Made by a program: the position numbers and the translations under genes | The notes under the pieces: model-generated | Seen by the model: only the letters and a program-made list of their open reading frames with translations | Told to the model about the DNA's origin: nothing | Databases searched by the model: none | NCBI RefSeq assembly: GCF_037042905.1 | Contig: NC_087247.1 | Span: forward strand, 32,550,001-32,614,000 | Direction: 5' to 3' | Length of the DNA stretch: 64,000 bases | Origin: Lytechinus pictus | Lineage: Eukaryota | In this document: positions 1 through 13,300 of the stretch, in pieces | Layout: every line of letters begins with the position of its first letter | How positions within the stretch are numbered: position 1 is the stretch's first letter

Positions 1-24
1 CCTCCTCCTACACAGATGGATAAT

Positions 25-1396
25 GGCCATTGGGCTCGTAATGGTGGAGCAAACAACTGCCGCGTAACTACAGGGTCCATGGAGAAAGGGTGCATTTTTG
101 CACCCTCCTCGATCACTCCTAAATTTTGCTTTTTTGACAAGGGAAAAAGGAAGAAATATTAAAGATAAATTTATATCAAATACAATTAGCTTATCACCTT
201 TCTGAAAAATATGCTGGAAAATCGTGAATTTTGATGACAAACAGATCGGGATCAGCCAGGTTCTTCTTCGATCGCCGGTGTCAGCTACAGCTGAGCGTAA
301 GGACGCGCCAGCAGATTGGCTTGCACGTTCGTATTAAGCTGTGTATCTTTGGCTGTAGCTGACGGCGATCGAAAAAGAACCTGGCTGATCCTGATCTGTT
401 TGTCATCAAAATTCACTATTTTACGGCATATTTTTCGGAAAGGTGGTAAGCTGAATGTATTTAATGTAAATTTATCTCTATTACTTCTTCCCTTTTACCC
501 CGTCAAAAAGCAAAATTTTAGGAGTAAACAAGGAGGGTGCGCCATAGACGCTGCATGTAGTTAAGTAGTCTGCTCTACTATTACGAGCCTAGGGACAGTG
601 ATTTTCCGCGATCGTGGAAAACGGACGTAATTCACGGAAAGGGCCTTTTGAAACGGAAAGTGGTATTTCAAACGGAAAATCACGGAAAACGTATTTTTCC
701 TCAAAATCTACAGAACAGCAACAGAAATTACTCCAAAATCTCAACAAAATATGAATATCAAATGGCCACAAAACCCCAGAAAACACGATCTCACTTCGCT
801 ACAATCATAACAATTCACACATCGTGACTGCACTCGATATCATCACACTCGATCGTACCCCGTACCCGTACCCGGCCGGGCGCCGGGTTGGGCTTCACAT
901 GCACACATCGTTTGAACAACACGGTCGTGTGTTGCTGCCCTCTACCTTCGAAGATGTAACAGCATGATATCGAGGTCTTAAAATCCAAAATGGCGGATAG
1001 ACGAAAGTCGTTGACTGCTGATAACGATGTCCAAAAAAACCCAAAATTATAAATGAAATTTAATTTAACCGTAAAATAATGCTAATAATGTGAAAGGTGA
1101 GGATGTATTCATGTTAAATGTGTTTGTCAAAATAGTTTGTGCACCCGCATAGATCCGATTAGAATGGATTCTATTTCGTTGTTGGAACAGTGGCAGATAC
1201 AAATTTTGACCAGCGCGAGTGTTGTGATATTGCTATTCAATGGGTAAACGGAATTGTCAAAGTTTTTTTGTACACAAAGTCTATGGGGAAACGGAATTTC
1301 CCTTTTCTGACATGCTGAAACGGAATTTAAGATTTCTGAAAAGCAAAAGGCAATTTTATGAAACGGAAAATCACTGTCCCTACGAGCCCAATGGCC
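25..1396. mobile_element. Foldback MITE interrupted in its right TIR by a second element
   Basis: Arms at about 100-291 and 352-540 are inverted copies; ends GGCCATTGGGCTCGTAA / TTACGAGCC[insert]CAATGGCC. Confidence 0.75.
590..1382. mobile_element. Non-autonomous hAT-like element
   Basis: TIR TAGGGACAGTGATTTTCCG / CGGAAAATCACTGTCCCTA; subterminal ACGGAA repeats; flanking duplication CGAGCC. Confidence 0.8.
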
Positions 1397-3162
1397 GTCA
1401 TCGGTCAATTGAGGGAGGGGATGCCACAGAGCCAGACAAAGTCTCAGCAGAGCATACCCCTAACAGATATAGACCTATTTATCGGTCTACTTGGATGTAG
1501 ACCTCTAGTCTAGGCATTTAATGTTAAATTTTAATTTAATGACTCAGTCATTGTCATGACTTCTCATGAAGTAAAATTTTTTGTATCATGACATTCATTG
1601 TCTTTTGTTTTTATTTAGGCCTATTTCATATCCTAGTCTCCACACACAGTAAACACTTGGTTTTGAAAACTCAAAGTTAAAGAACTGCTAAAGTGAGGCC
1701 TAGCCAATGTGACTTTTCAGTCTTGAGACGACTTGCATTTGCATGCATTGGCCAATGTTGCAGGAGTCGAATGTCTGACTCTGAGTCTGAGCAAACAAGC
1801 TGTCTCATGCACCAGCTGGACAGACAAAAAAAAAAGGTAGAAAAGGCCTTTATATAGTAGATCAAGGCACACATAACATATCTAGACCTGCAATTAAAAA
1901 TGTAAGACCGAGGCCAAGGGTCTACTTTTATTTTTTACTTTTTTTGCCCAAGGCCAAGCTGTCAAAGCTCACAGCACAGACAGTCACAGAGGCATAGCCA
2001 TAGCCATCGACATGCGACACAGACAAAAGTCACACGGGCAGCTCAGGCGTAGGACAGCCACCATTTCTCGCTACCAAATTATGAAAAAGGATATGAATGG
2101 TCGACATCGCACCGCTACTTTGACACTTTCTGCCATCTCGACCTCTTTTAAAGGTCCCAAATTAGTTGAACAGGTCCTTAAAGTCTTACAAATGAAGTAT
2201 CCTCAATATTCTTTGCTTGTAACACGGTCAAAATATGAGTTTTCCACTTCAGAAAAAGAGCTTATTGCGTAGCGGAACTCACGTCCATTTTCCTATCGAT
2301 TTTTCATGGTTGACTAGTTGTTTACATTGATCGCTATAGAGACCCATGCACAGACTGGCCCCGATGCGAGATCTCCATTGTCAACTCGCTCTCAGTTTGG
2401 GCTGTTGGGAACAACATGCATTTTCCAGAGCAGAGACTGCCCAATGAGCTGTCACTTTCTAAGGCAATGTTTACATAAAGGATGATGCCCTTAAATTGCC
2501 TCTTTCCATTAGCGAACTCGTTTATAAGATATTATAATTATGTTGATGGGAAAGATGAGAGGACAGGGAGAGAAAAGATGAAGAAATTAAGAAATATATA
2601 TATATATATCTCTTAATTTTATCTCATCACATATATATATGTGATGAGATGAGGGTCAACTCTATTAATGAGTAGGAAACCATTCTTAGCTTTAAATAGC
2701 TTTCGTCTTTATGAAGACTTTGTCAGAAGCAGTTTCCTGCGTCATCTTTTGAGTTTGACCCTCATCTCATTATGTAGCATTCTCTCATCTCAAGAGCGTT
2801 CGGTACATAAACTTGGCATCACAATATATAATATGTACATGTATGTATACATATATGTGTGGGTGTGTGTGAGGGGTACAGCCATAATTAGTATACATCT
2901 CTATGGGTACAACATACAACAGTTAAGATTGTCATGGTATCTCATAACTTTTACTTCATTATAATAATGAAAAATGATTAAAAAAATATAATCAAAGTGA
3001 AAAATAAATATGGTTTGCATTTCAGATACACTGATGCTTGATTTTTAATGCTATTTATCAAATGTAAATTTCAATTTTGCACATCAATGGGATTAAAAAG
3101 TTATTTGGATCAAGCAATATGCTAATCAGAACAAAGGTTGTGTTTGCTTTGTTATTGTCCTA

Positions 3163-3743
3163 CGGGGTACTCCAGGCTGAACATAACAGATGTAAAATCA
3201 GACGAAACCAAGCACTGACAATTTCTTCAAAATCAGACAAGAAATAACAAAGTTATCATATTAAAGCTTTGCACTATTTTGATGAAACAGTTCTAAGCAT
3301 GTCTTCATGTATATGCAGTGAACAAGCTGATGATGTCATACCCCCATTATTCTTTTGATTTTATTTACATGAAATTATATTTATCCAAATTTGGTCCACC
3401 AAAAATGAAAAAAATTAAAAAGATTGTCAACTGATCTCATGCGCAAGATATTAATTGCTACAAATCATTTCGTCACAAGGGAGACACCATGAAGACATGT
3501 ATGGAAATATAAAATAATTGTGAATTAATGTAATAACATGAAGGAAAACTGGGGATATGGCATCATCAGCCTACCAAATGAATCTTCATGACAGGCATGC
3601 ATGTAACTGTTTTCACAAAAATATTGTATAACTTTAAAATCCAATAACTTGGTGATTTGTCATCAGATATTGAATAAGTTTTCAGCAGTGAATTTTACTC
3701 TATTTTTAGATGTAATTATTTTCAGCCAAGCAAACCCCTGTAA
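3163..3743. mobile_element. Degenerate Kolobok-like non-autonomous element
   Basis: Internal AAATCAGAC/AAAGTTAT and ATAACTT inverted motifs shared with the copies at 7524, 22067 and 37497. Confidence 0.5.
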
Positions 3744-3989
3744 TATACCATGTGGCTGCTCCATCTTCTTACCCTACGGGCCAATCTAACACCTTATTTC
3801 CCGCCCCACACACATACCCCACCTTGCTCTCTCTAGCTCCAAGAAGGCTAAAACACCTTTTAACTTGAGATCTCTGATCATCTCTCTTTTCTAAAGCTCC
3901 ATGATCTCTATTCAGTGACAGTCTTCATTTTCAGTATCCCACCCCCCCACACAAACTGATCTGTATATGATGTTAGTATACAGATCCCC

Positions 3990-4240
3990 CTCTCTCTCTC
4001 CTACAAACACACCCACACACACAATCATGCCTCACACATACCCATGCATCCTTTACACACATAAGCACCCTCACACACAGGCACACCCTCACAATCACAC
4101 ACCCTCACCCACAGATAGGCAGTCACACACCATACAAGCACTTTCATCCACACTCTGGTACTCTCACACATATAAAGTCCCCTACACACATGTATTCTCA
4201 CACACACCATACAAGCACTGTTATACATCACACTCATGCT
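3990..4240. repeat. Degenerate CA-rich tract
   Basis: Direct reading of the sequence. Confidence 0.75.
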
Positions 4241-6765
4241 CCCCCTCTCCCGTATCACAAATCAAATCACACCTAAGAAAGGAAAACAATGAAATTAAAT
4301 TAATCTAGTTTTTCTTATAATTACAAAACATTCATATAACATAAACATAAAAAGCACAGCAATCTATCCTCAAAGAGAATAATGCAAAAGATACACATTT
4401 ACATAATATATTACATGCCAATTTCTCACTTACAGATGTGATCAAATAAGAATCTTCTCAGTATATCCTTCCTTTAATGGAACATAATTCAAAGGACTCA
4501 CTTGCACATACACATATGTACAGTCATATGAGTGAAATGGAAGAATAGCGATAATAGAAAACATGTTTAAAACAAGCCCATTTCTAAGAAAAAATAAAAA
4601 ATGTTTATACCAATAGTGAAGCATATCAGAAACAGTTTTGATACAGTATTCAATAATTGAATGTAAACTAGCAAATCCATATCTTTGAAGTCTCCTACAT
4701 GATTTACCAACTCTCATGTCAGATCGCATGGCCTGGCGTACCATTGTTGATTCATTCTCAGATGCATCTGATTTGTAGTGTAGGAGTGAAGGCTCCTTGC
4801 AAACCAGACTACTTGACAGCATTTAATTTTTTAACCAAAGACAAATTTTTTTAGTAGAGTAAGCATTTTGGCATATGTATTTGAAAAAAAAAACTCTGGT
4901 TATTGTACCTCAAAATTCAGTTGGTGTTTGGTAAACATATACCCAAATATGACTGTGAACATATTTTAAATTCTGATATTGATTTGCATGAAAGGATCAA
5001 TAGCAAACCGAAGATCAGCACAAAACTGATTTTTAAAAGTGACATACTTTCCAAATACACGTAGAGATGCCCACATTAATAAGACATAATTCATGAGCAG
5101 TACATACATGTAAATATATTAGCCACCAATATACTAAAGCAAACACAGCATGTGTTATTTAGTAAATACATAGTTGTTTGGAAAACATGGTGGAATTATT
5201 TGACATGAGAACAAAAATGTCCAAATATGACAGCATTATTTACACATAAATGCCAGTTATGATAAGGGTCTGAATGAGTTCCAACAAAATCCAATAAAAT
5301 GACCACCAAAGTGTTTATATATAATTTAAAAAATGTGCCAAATGATTCTGGGAGAAAATGTGTAATTGCGGAGAAATAGAAAAAAACAAGTGTGGTATTC
5401 CGGCCAGATGTCAGCCTTTTTCCAAGCGATAATAATACGCTGCCCCACATATGGTTATCTATGTTGGTGATCCCCATTGTGGTCACTTTTCTGCTTAGAT
5501 TTCATGATTTCACAGTGTAGATCTATAATAATAATAATTGGAATTTATATAGCACTTTATCAATCTACAACTGTTCAAAGCGCTTCACAATTATTATTAC
5601 CCGGTCACTGGATTCATAGCATTTCAAGCAGCCTGTTAGGCGCACACTTGCTAAACCATCTACATTTAGATCTACAAAGATATGATGACAATTGACCTTG
5701 ATTTTGCAGACTTCACCATGAAATCAGTGTTTGTTGCATTTACATTCCTTAACCTTAAACAGGCACCTTGCCCAAGGTTTAATAGAGCTGCATCTTCTTT
5801 GTGAGTAACCCACAAGCAGCTTTTCCAATTCCTTATATTTCAGCATCTACAAGCAAAAAATTGGAAAATATGGGAAAGCTTCTCTTAAAAAAAGCATGCA
5901 AATGCAACACCCATACATGTACAGCAGGATTTCTGAGAAAAGATGAGGCAAGGACCTTTGACAGGGTTCCTTACAATGGTTGCTTCACAAAAGCAGATCA
6001 ATTTAATTAAACAAAACATCAATTGCAATGTACAATGTAGGTCAGTAAGCATACATTGATGCAATCGAAAGGTCATAGGACCCCTGTCATACTGAAGCCA
6101 GTCTTGGTCACCCAATCACGAACTTTATGGGCCCCATAACATAAAACTTTTTGTGGAGTTGATTTCCAAAATTCTTCTAAGAATGATCATACATTATAGT
6201 CATTACAATCAATTGCAGAAATCAGTCTCGCAATCAATTTTTAAGCTTCATGTTATGGGGGCCCTCATCACTTGAGACTGCAAACTCATACAAACCCATG
6301 TGATATGCTTGTTTAAAAAACTGATGGTAAACCTAGTCTACAAGCACAGACTCAAATTTGACACTTTAACAAGTTATACCATGTCGAGAGTGAAGATTAG
6401 GCTCCAAAATGTCTGTCTTGTAAAGGCAGCAACAGAACATGAGTAAAATCTAGTCCCTCTATTTCAGACTCGTAGTGTGCACTATCCGAAAACCAAAGGT
6501 CTGTGCCTGCAGACTACGGTACAACCTCAAGTGCACTGTATCTGCTACTACAATATACAGTATTTTTATGCAGCATTAAACTAGTCTGCAGGTACAGACC
6601 ATTGGTTCTTGCAATTTGCAGAGTCTGAAGTAGTGAGACTAGACTCCTTATGTAATGTGGCTGACACAGACAAAATGTGGAGTCTATTCTTTACACTAGA
6701 CATGGCATAATTGGTAAAAGTGTAAAGTTTGAGCCATTGCTTGTAGGCTAGCATTGAAACACAAT

Positions 6766-7178
6766 GGCCCAAATTCACAAAGGTGGTTTTGAAAACCATC
6801 GGTTGAACCCGTGGTTTAGGCAGATTTCCTGTATAAATTACGCTTATTCACCGCATATAATAAAAATGTCCAATGCTGATGCGCGCTTTTGTCACAGTGC
6901 GCCAAATTGACGCTTGTTGTCATGGTTAAATACGCTATTTCATTCATGAGTCCACTGTTTGAAGAACAGACTCATTAATTAATAACAGTTGACTCGTGAA
7001 TAAAATAGCATGGATAACCAAGGCAACAGGCGTCAATTTGGCATATTGTGATAAAAGCGTGCACAAGTATTGGACATTTTTTAATATACGCGGTAAATAA
7101 GCGTAATTTATACAGGAAATCTGCATAAACCGTTGGTTCAACCGATGGTTTTAAAAACCACCTTTGTGAATTCGGGCC
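6766..7178. mobile_element. Foldback MITE (PIF/Harbinger-like)
   Basis: About 195-bp inverted arms GGCCCAAATTCACAAAGGTGGTTTT...AAAACCACCTTTGTGAATTCGGGCC; 3-bp TSD AAT. Confidence 0.85.
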
Positions 7179-7312
7179 AATAGGGTCAAGACTGTATTCA
7201 GTGGGCTTGGGGCATTAAACTAAGATGCAAAACAGAGAAAGTGACATGTAATATCTTAAAAAATGAATAGTTTATACACTATATTAAGAAAGAGCTCATC
7301 TCTTTTGATCTC

Positions 7313-7386
7313 CTATGATTTTGCTTGCTGTGACTGCATTTGTGCCATTTGAGCTTGAATCTTCATGTTCATCACTTCTGTCACAA
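7313..7386 (-). CDS. PFDN5: PFDN5 last coding exon
   Basis: (V)[23 protein letters not shown]; polypyrimidine tract plus CAG acceptor. Confidence 0.9.
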
Positions 7387-10300
7387 CTGCAACAAAGAAA
7401 AAAGCACATAACAAAACTTTAGAGTAAGAGTTATCAATTCAGAAAGAAAAGGAGACATAAAATCTAAACATTTTAAACAATATAATGTCTACAGCCAGGG
7501 AAATAACACAATACCTTTATACATTAAAGGGGAAGTTCACCCTTAAATTTTGGTTTCAATAAAAGCAGAAGTATGTGAGAAAAATATTGAAAGTTTTATG
7601 AAAGTCCATCCAAGAATAAGAATAAATAAGGAAAAAAAGCTATGATATTTAAAAAGTTTTTAATTTGTGATCCAATGCGAGCAGCTCCTGCTATATCAGA
7701 GAATTTTTAAAGAAACATGATGAATACATAAAAATTCTAATAGAAAGGGGTATGAAAATGATGTGTCTAATGATATATCTCCTGCAACAAAAATGACTTT
7801 CAAAGTTTTGAGAAAATTGCTTTTCAAAAATTTCTATCACACATATGGAGGAGCTGCTCGTCTGTGACGTCACAAAATGAGAAATTCTGTAATTCATAAA
7901 TTTGTTATCCTTTGATGAATTTTCATCAAACCTTGATATTTTTCTATTGAATATTTCTGCTTTATTAAAACCAATTCTTAACTTCCTCTTTAAGAGCACG
8001 AGAGTATACAGGAGTCCAGTTTATATACACTACACAAAGTGATCATTTCATAAATTATGACATTTTCAGAAATTTTAGTGCTAGCATATTTTTTGTTATA
8101 TCTGAGTCATATCTCTCTAAATGGTTTTTTAACGCAACATTTGGGCAAAACTTTAAAGTTCAATCTTAAAAATACTGGTAAACTTTCACATGTTTTCCTC
8201 ACCAATAAAAAATCATTTATCCTTTTTTACAGTAAATTTCCATGAATGGAATGGGGCTTTTTCAGAAAATAACTTCTAGCAGCTTTAATTGATGGCTAAA
8301 TTGTTTGGGACCAGAAGTTTAAATAACCCAGGATATTAAAAAAAAAATCTCAACTTTAGGGACATTTGCAACTGTTGTAACTTTGCCATAATGGCCACTA
8401 CCATTGTAACAGGGCTCAGCAGCCAATCACAATAAATGTTTCGCTGGTAGTTGCCATAATTGCAAAGTTACAACAGTTGCAAGCCCTTTACGAAACGGGC
8501 CCTAGGTTTTTTCTTTAATACCATTTTTTTAATGTGAAAAATATTTGCGAAGATATGGAAGAGTTAATCAATTTTTGAAAAATGACAATTTATCTAGAAT
8601 TGCCTCGTGTATACTTTTGACCCTGAAATATTAATGTATCTGCATATAAACTAGCTGAGCTATATCTCTGAAAATAAATTTGAATTGGTACAAGAATAGA
8701 ACTTCTATATTTCCAAATAGGCTGACAATTTTTGAGATTTGCAGAATTTAAACAGTAGTGCTGTGTATGGTTATGCATTCCACTATAGTATACAATCATT
8801 CACTTCATTGTTCTCTTTGTACAGATATTAGTGTAATAACTCAATTAATATATATTCTTTTCATGTTTTGACAGTTCCTATGATAGGAATTCTATTTAAT
8901 ATTCATATGTATTTTTTTATATGCACTGTTAACTTTTAAACAAACAATATTTAAGAGCATTTCTTCCTCTCACATTGAAGGACTCTAAATTAGAAGGGGT
9001 TTTATAAACCACTTCTCAAGCATGAAATGGTAAAAAAAATCAGAATATAATATTTGTCTGTAGGTTTTTGATATCCAATCACTGAATTTGTAAAATCAAA
9101 GCTCAAAAGGGTAAGTTCACATTTTTTTTATTGTTCTTTGGGCCTGATGTTGCCATAAAAAATGATGAAAAGTGGCCCATAATTGCTAAATCATAAACCA
9201 TGATTACAATAGATAGATAGTTTTTACATCAAGCTAATCAAATATGAATTAATAAAACTCTTAAATCAGTTTAAAGAAATATCGAATAATAACGAAAGAT
9301 CATTAATATATCATATCATAATGTAAATTTAAACAAATAATAATGGTAACAAAAATCAATCGGCAAGTTAGATGATACTTGAGCAAAATTCACATTATTG
9401 ACATTTATTAAACCTTTGGCCAAACCTTTAACTTACCTTGTCTCATCTTTGATTTCTCTATTAGTACTGGTTGCACTTTTTCCATTTGTTTAGTGACAAA
9501 ATCTACTTTTCTTTTGAAGTACTTCTTAGCTTCCTCAAGTGACTGTAAATTAAATAAACACAAAGAATAAAACATCAAGCCTAATTCTTTAACTTTTATT
9601 CGTGCTTTCATTTTTTGAGGGATGTGAGACTTGGGCACCGAGCGATATTTTCATACATGGCATATTATTATCTTTATATTTTCAAATTGTGCAATATTGT
9701 CAGGATAAGAAAGTTTTCCATATGAAGTAATCAACTCCAGTCGCTTTCATTCAATAAGAATACTGACAGGTTTTAGTTAAAGCAGGCATGATATTCCCCT
9801 CTGAAAAAAAATCTGAAAAATAGCTCATGGTCGCTAAGTCACTGCCGAAGTCCGAGGCGCCCCGGACGGGGTTACAAGCTCTTGCACAGTAAAGAAATCG
9901 AAAGTGATTTTTACATGTAAAGGTGAGTCTGCATGATAGTTATATCATTTGACTTTAAAAAAACAGTAAAAAACATCATGAGAATGTTCTAGGCAAAGGA
10001 TTTCATGTTTAAAAAAAAAAAAATCTGAATAAAAAAAATTATAAAAAAATCAGAATTCTGATTCTAATATATCATGCCTGCTAAATGAATTTGAGTGTCA
10101 AATGAGCTGTTGATCATCTAGAGGTAGAGGTTTGTGTCAAAATTGGCTATCCATAGTTAAACCAGAGTTTAAATCAAACCAGAGTTTGGAATATGGGCCA
10201 CTGTGTCAAATGTTTACTCAGTAAAATGATGTACATTAAAAACAAGTTGAATGCCTCTGGCGGTCTCACCTGCATCACGCGATTCAATGTAGCAGCAGTG

Positions 10301-13300
10301 CTGACTTTGAAAACTACTATCAAATAATTATTCACAAAATACACCATTCATATATAATGAAACAATACTACATTCATTGACATTTGACCTTGATCATGTG
10401 ACCTAAAACTTGTCAGTGAAAGTTGATTACCCCTATATCCACATTTTATACACTATATAAAATTTGAAAGTAATGACAGCAATCTAATAATTACCTCTAA
10501 AATGGCCAAAGTTCAATGACCTTACATGACCTTTGACCTTGATCATGTGACGCGAAACTTGCACAGGATGTTCAGTGATACTTGATTACTCTTATGTCCA
10601 AGTTTCATGAATCAGATCCATAAACTTTCAAAGTTATGATGGTAATTCAACAGATACCCCATTATGGCCAAAGTTCATTGACCTTTGACCTTGGTCATGT
10701 GACCTGAAATGCGCACAGGATGTTCAGTGATACTTGATTACTCTTATGTCCAAGTTTTATGCACTAGACCAATAAACTTTCAAAGTTATGATGGTAATTC
10801 AACAAATACCCCCAACTTGGCCAAAGTTCATTGACCTTAAATGACCTTTGACCTTAATCATGTGACCTGAAACTTGCACAGGACGTTCAGCGATACTAGA
10901 TTACTCTTATGTCCAAGTTTCATGAATCAGATCCATAAACTTTCAAAGTTATGATGGTAATTCAACAGATACCCCCAATTTGGCCCAAGTTCATTGACCC
11001 TATAAAATGACCTTTGACCTTGGTCATGTGATGTGAAACTAAGGCAGGATGTTCAGTAATACTTGATTAACCTTATGTCCAAGTTTCATGAACTAGGTTA
11101 ATATATTTTCTAAGTTATGATGACATTTAAAAAACTTAACCTTAGGTTAAGATTTGGTGTTGACGCCGCCGCCGCCGTCGGAAAAGCGGCGCCTATAGTC
11201 TCACTCTGCTATAGATGCAGGTGAGACAAAAACCTCTTCAGTAATAATATACATGTGATAAATCTATATCTGCTTCTCGAAAACTTACCTTTTCTACATA
11301 GTAGCCAGTCCCTATATCTATTAATACATTATTGACATCTTGCAATTTGCCTGGTACATAGAGCTGTGTAAGTTTAGAGTCAAGGAATAATTTTCACAAA
11401 ACCAAAAGAATGTGAAATGACAGAGAAAACAATAATACAATATCCAAATTATCATATAGGGGTGGGTGGAAGGTTGTATGATGATGAAAATAACAGTTGA
11501 GCTATTGGAAGAAAAAAAAACGTCTTTCATCTGCATGGACTCTTTTTTTTTTGTTGTTGGCAGAATAGGAGCACATCTCTATAAATAATCACAACCCTCT
11601 CACTTTTAGAAATAACTATTTTCAATTTGAAAAAGAGTTTTGACTTCTACTCTTTATTCAAAAGATTTGTATACCTTGCAAAATATAGTGAATATATTCC
11701 TGACTGATAGCCCTGCCCCCAAAGAGCACATTGTACATAACTTTGATTCTCAAATCAAATTGAGCATGCATTATTCAAAAGTATGATTTAACTCTTCACT
11801 AAATAGTCCTATACCTAGACTAAAAAATTACTCACACACAAAAAAAAGATTGATAAGATAAAGGATACAGATGATGTTAGTGGAACCAGCATCTCTTTTC
11901 CTGTAGAATAGAAGATATCAATCAAAATTTAGAATTTATCCAGTTATATACACATCTACTTGTTTAGTCCATAGATGTGTACATTAACCTATTCAGTTTA
12001 TTTTCATACACATAATGAATGCTAGCAATCACATAGAATATACATGTAATGAGAAAGAGAAAACTGGCTACATTTCCAGAGCAGGTAGAGTAATCATTAC
12101 ACTCTGAATAGGCAATATGATGATTTCTTCTAATGAAGATTTAGGATGTGAGATTCAAGAAATATTTTTCATTTCTATCTTTTTTTACCTTTATACCCCC
12201 AAATCTAATCAGATCACCACAGTAGCATACACAGGATTTTTTAAGGGGGGGGGGGGTTCAAGCTGAATGAAATGTTGACACCCCCCCAAAAAAAAAGGGG
12301 GTCTTCACCACCAATTTCAGGTCCTTTCGTACCTCAAAAAAATTGGACAAGCAAAAAAAATAATAAAATTTTAGGGGGGAGGTTGAATTCTTAGGAGGGG
12401 GGTTTCGGGTATCAAAAAAAATCAAGGGGGGTTGAACCCTTGTAACCACCCCCTGCGTACACTTCTGGATCACCAGGCTCCTACACATCCATGAGCCAAG
12501 TTTCAGGTTGATCCATCCAATGGTTTTCTTTTGGTTATCGCGAAAGTAAAATTTGGATAGACGGACAACCCGAAAACAAAACACCTCCAGCACAGCCCAA
12601 AATGGGCGGAGGCATAAATAAATAACCCCACATGATCTTTGACAGATTTCAGCACAATGGAATTCTCTACCGATGGCTTTACAAAATATTACCCAGCTTG
12701 AGCAATTCAAAGTACAATTAAAGACCCAACTCTTTCAGAATGTTTAACTAAGTTAGGTTCAATCTATGTTTTAATATTCTTTGATGTTTATAATATAGAA
12801 AGTGGAGGATGTGCACACATTGTGTGCAGGAATGACTGATTGAATCCGATGACCGGGGTAGACACGTCGTTCCGATTAAGCGCCATATAAAAGCGGATTA
12901 TTATTATTATTAATTATTATTATTTGATATTTGATTTTAAATCTACAATTCTAACCATATTTCCTGCTTTCCTCACACGCAGAGAACTGTAGGTGTTATG
13001 CGTCTATTAAGAACTGTACTATTATTATTATTATTTCTATTTTCAGCTCACCTTCATTATCAGAATTTAATTTGCCTATGCTTTCTGATGATTCCATAAA
13101 CCGAGACTGGGCCATCTTGAGCTGCTGCAAGGAACCCTGCATCATCTCCACCTCCTGCAATAGAAAGAGAGACAAATATAAATTTCTCTTTTTCTCTTTA
13201 AGGGTGCCAAGTCATGAATTGAATCTTACCAATTGCAGTGCAGTGAGTGCACCATTTCATAAAAGTTGCTATGATAAAAAGTCTTGCTGGAATGTCAACT

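Noticed and set aside
10500-11060. Regularly spaced repeats (also at 40.2-41.0 kb and 49.2-49.8 kb) as a CRISPR-like array
   Set aside because: Whole units are repeated with no unique spacers; the context is eukaryotic and there are no cas genes.
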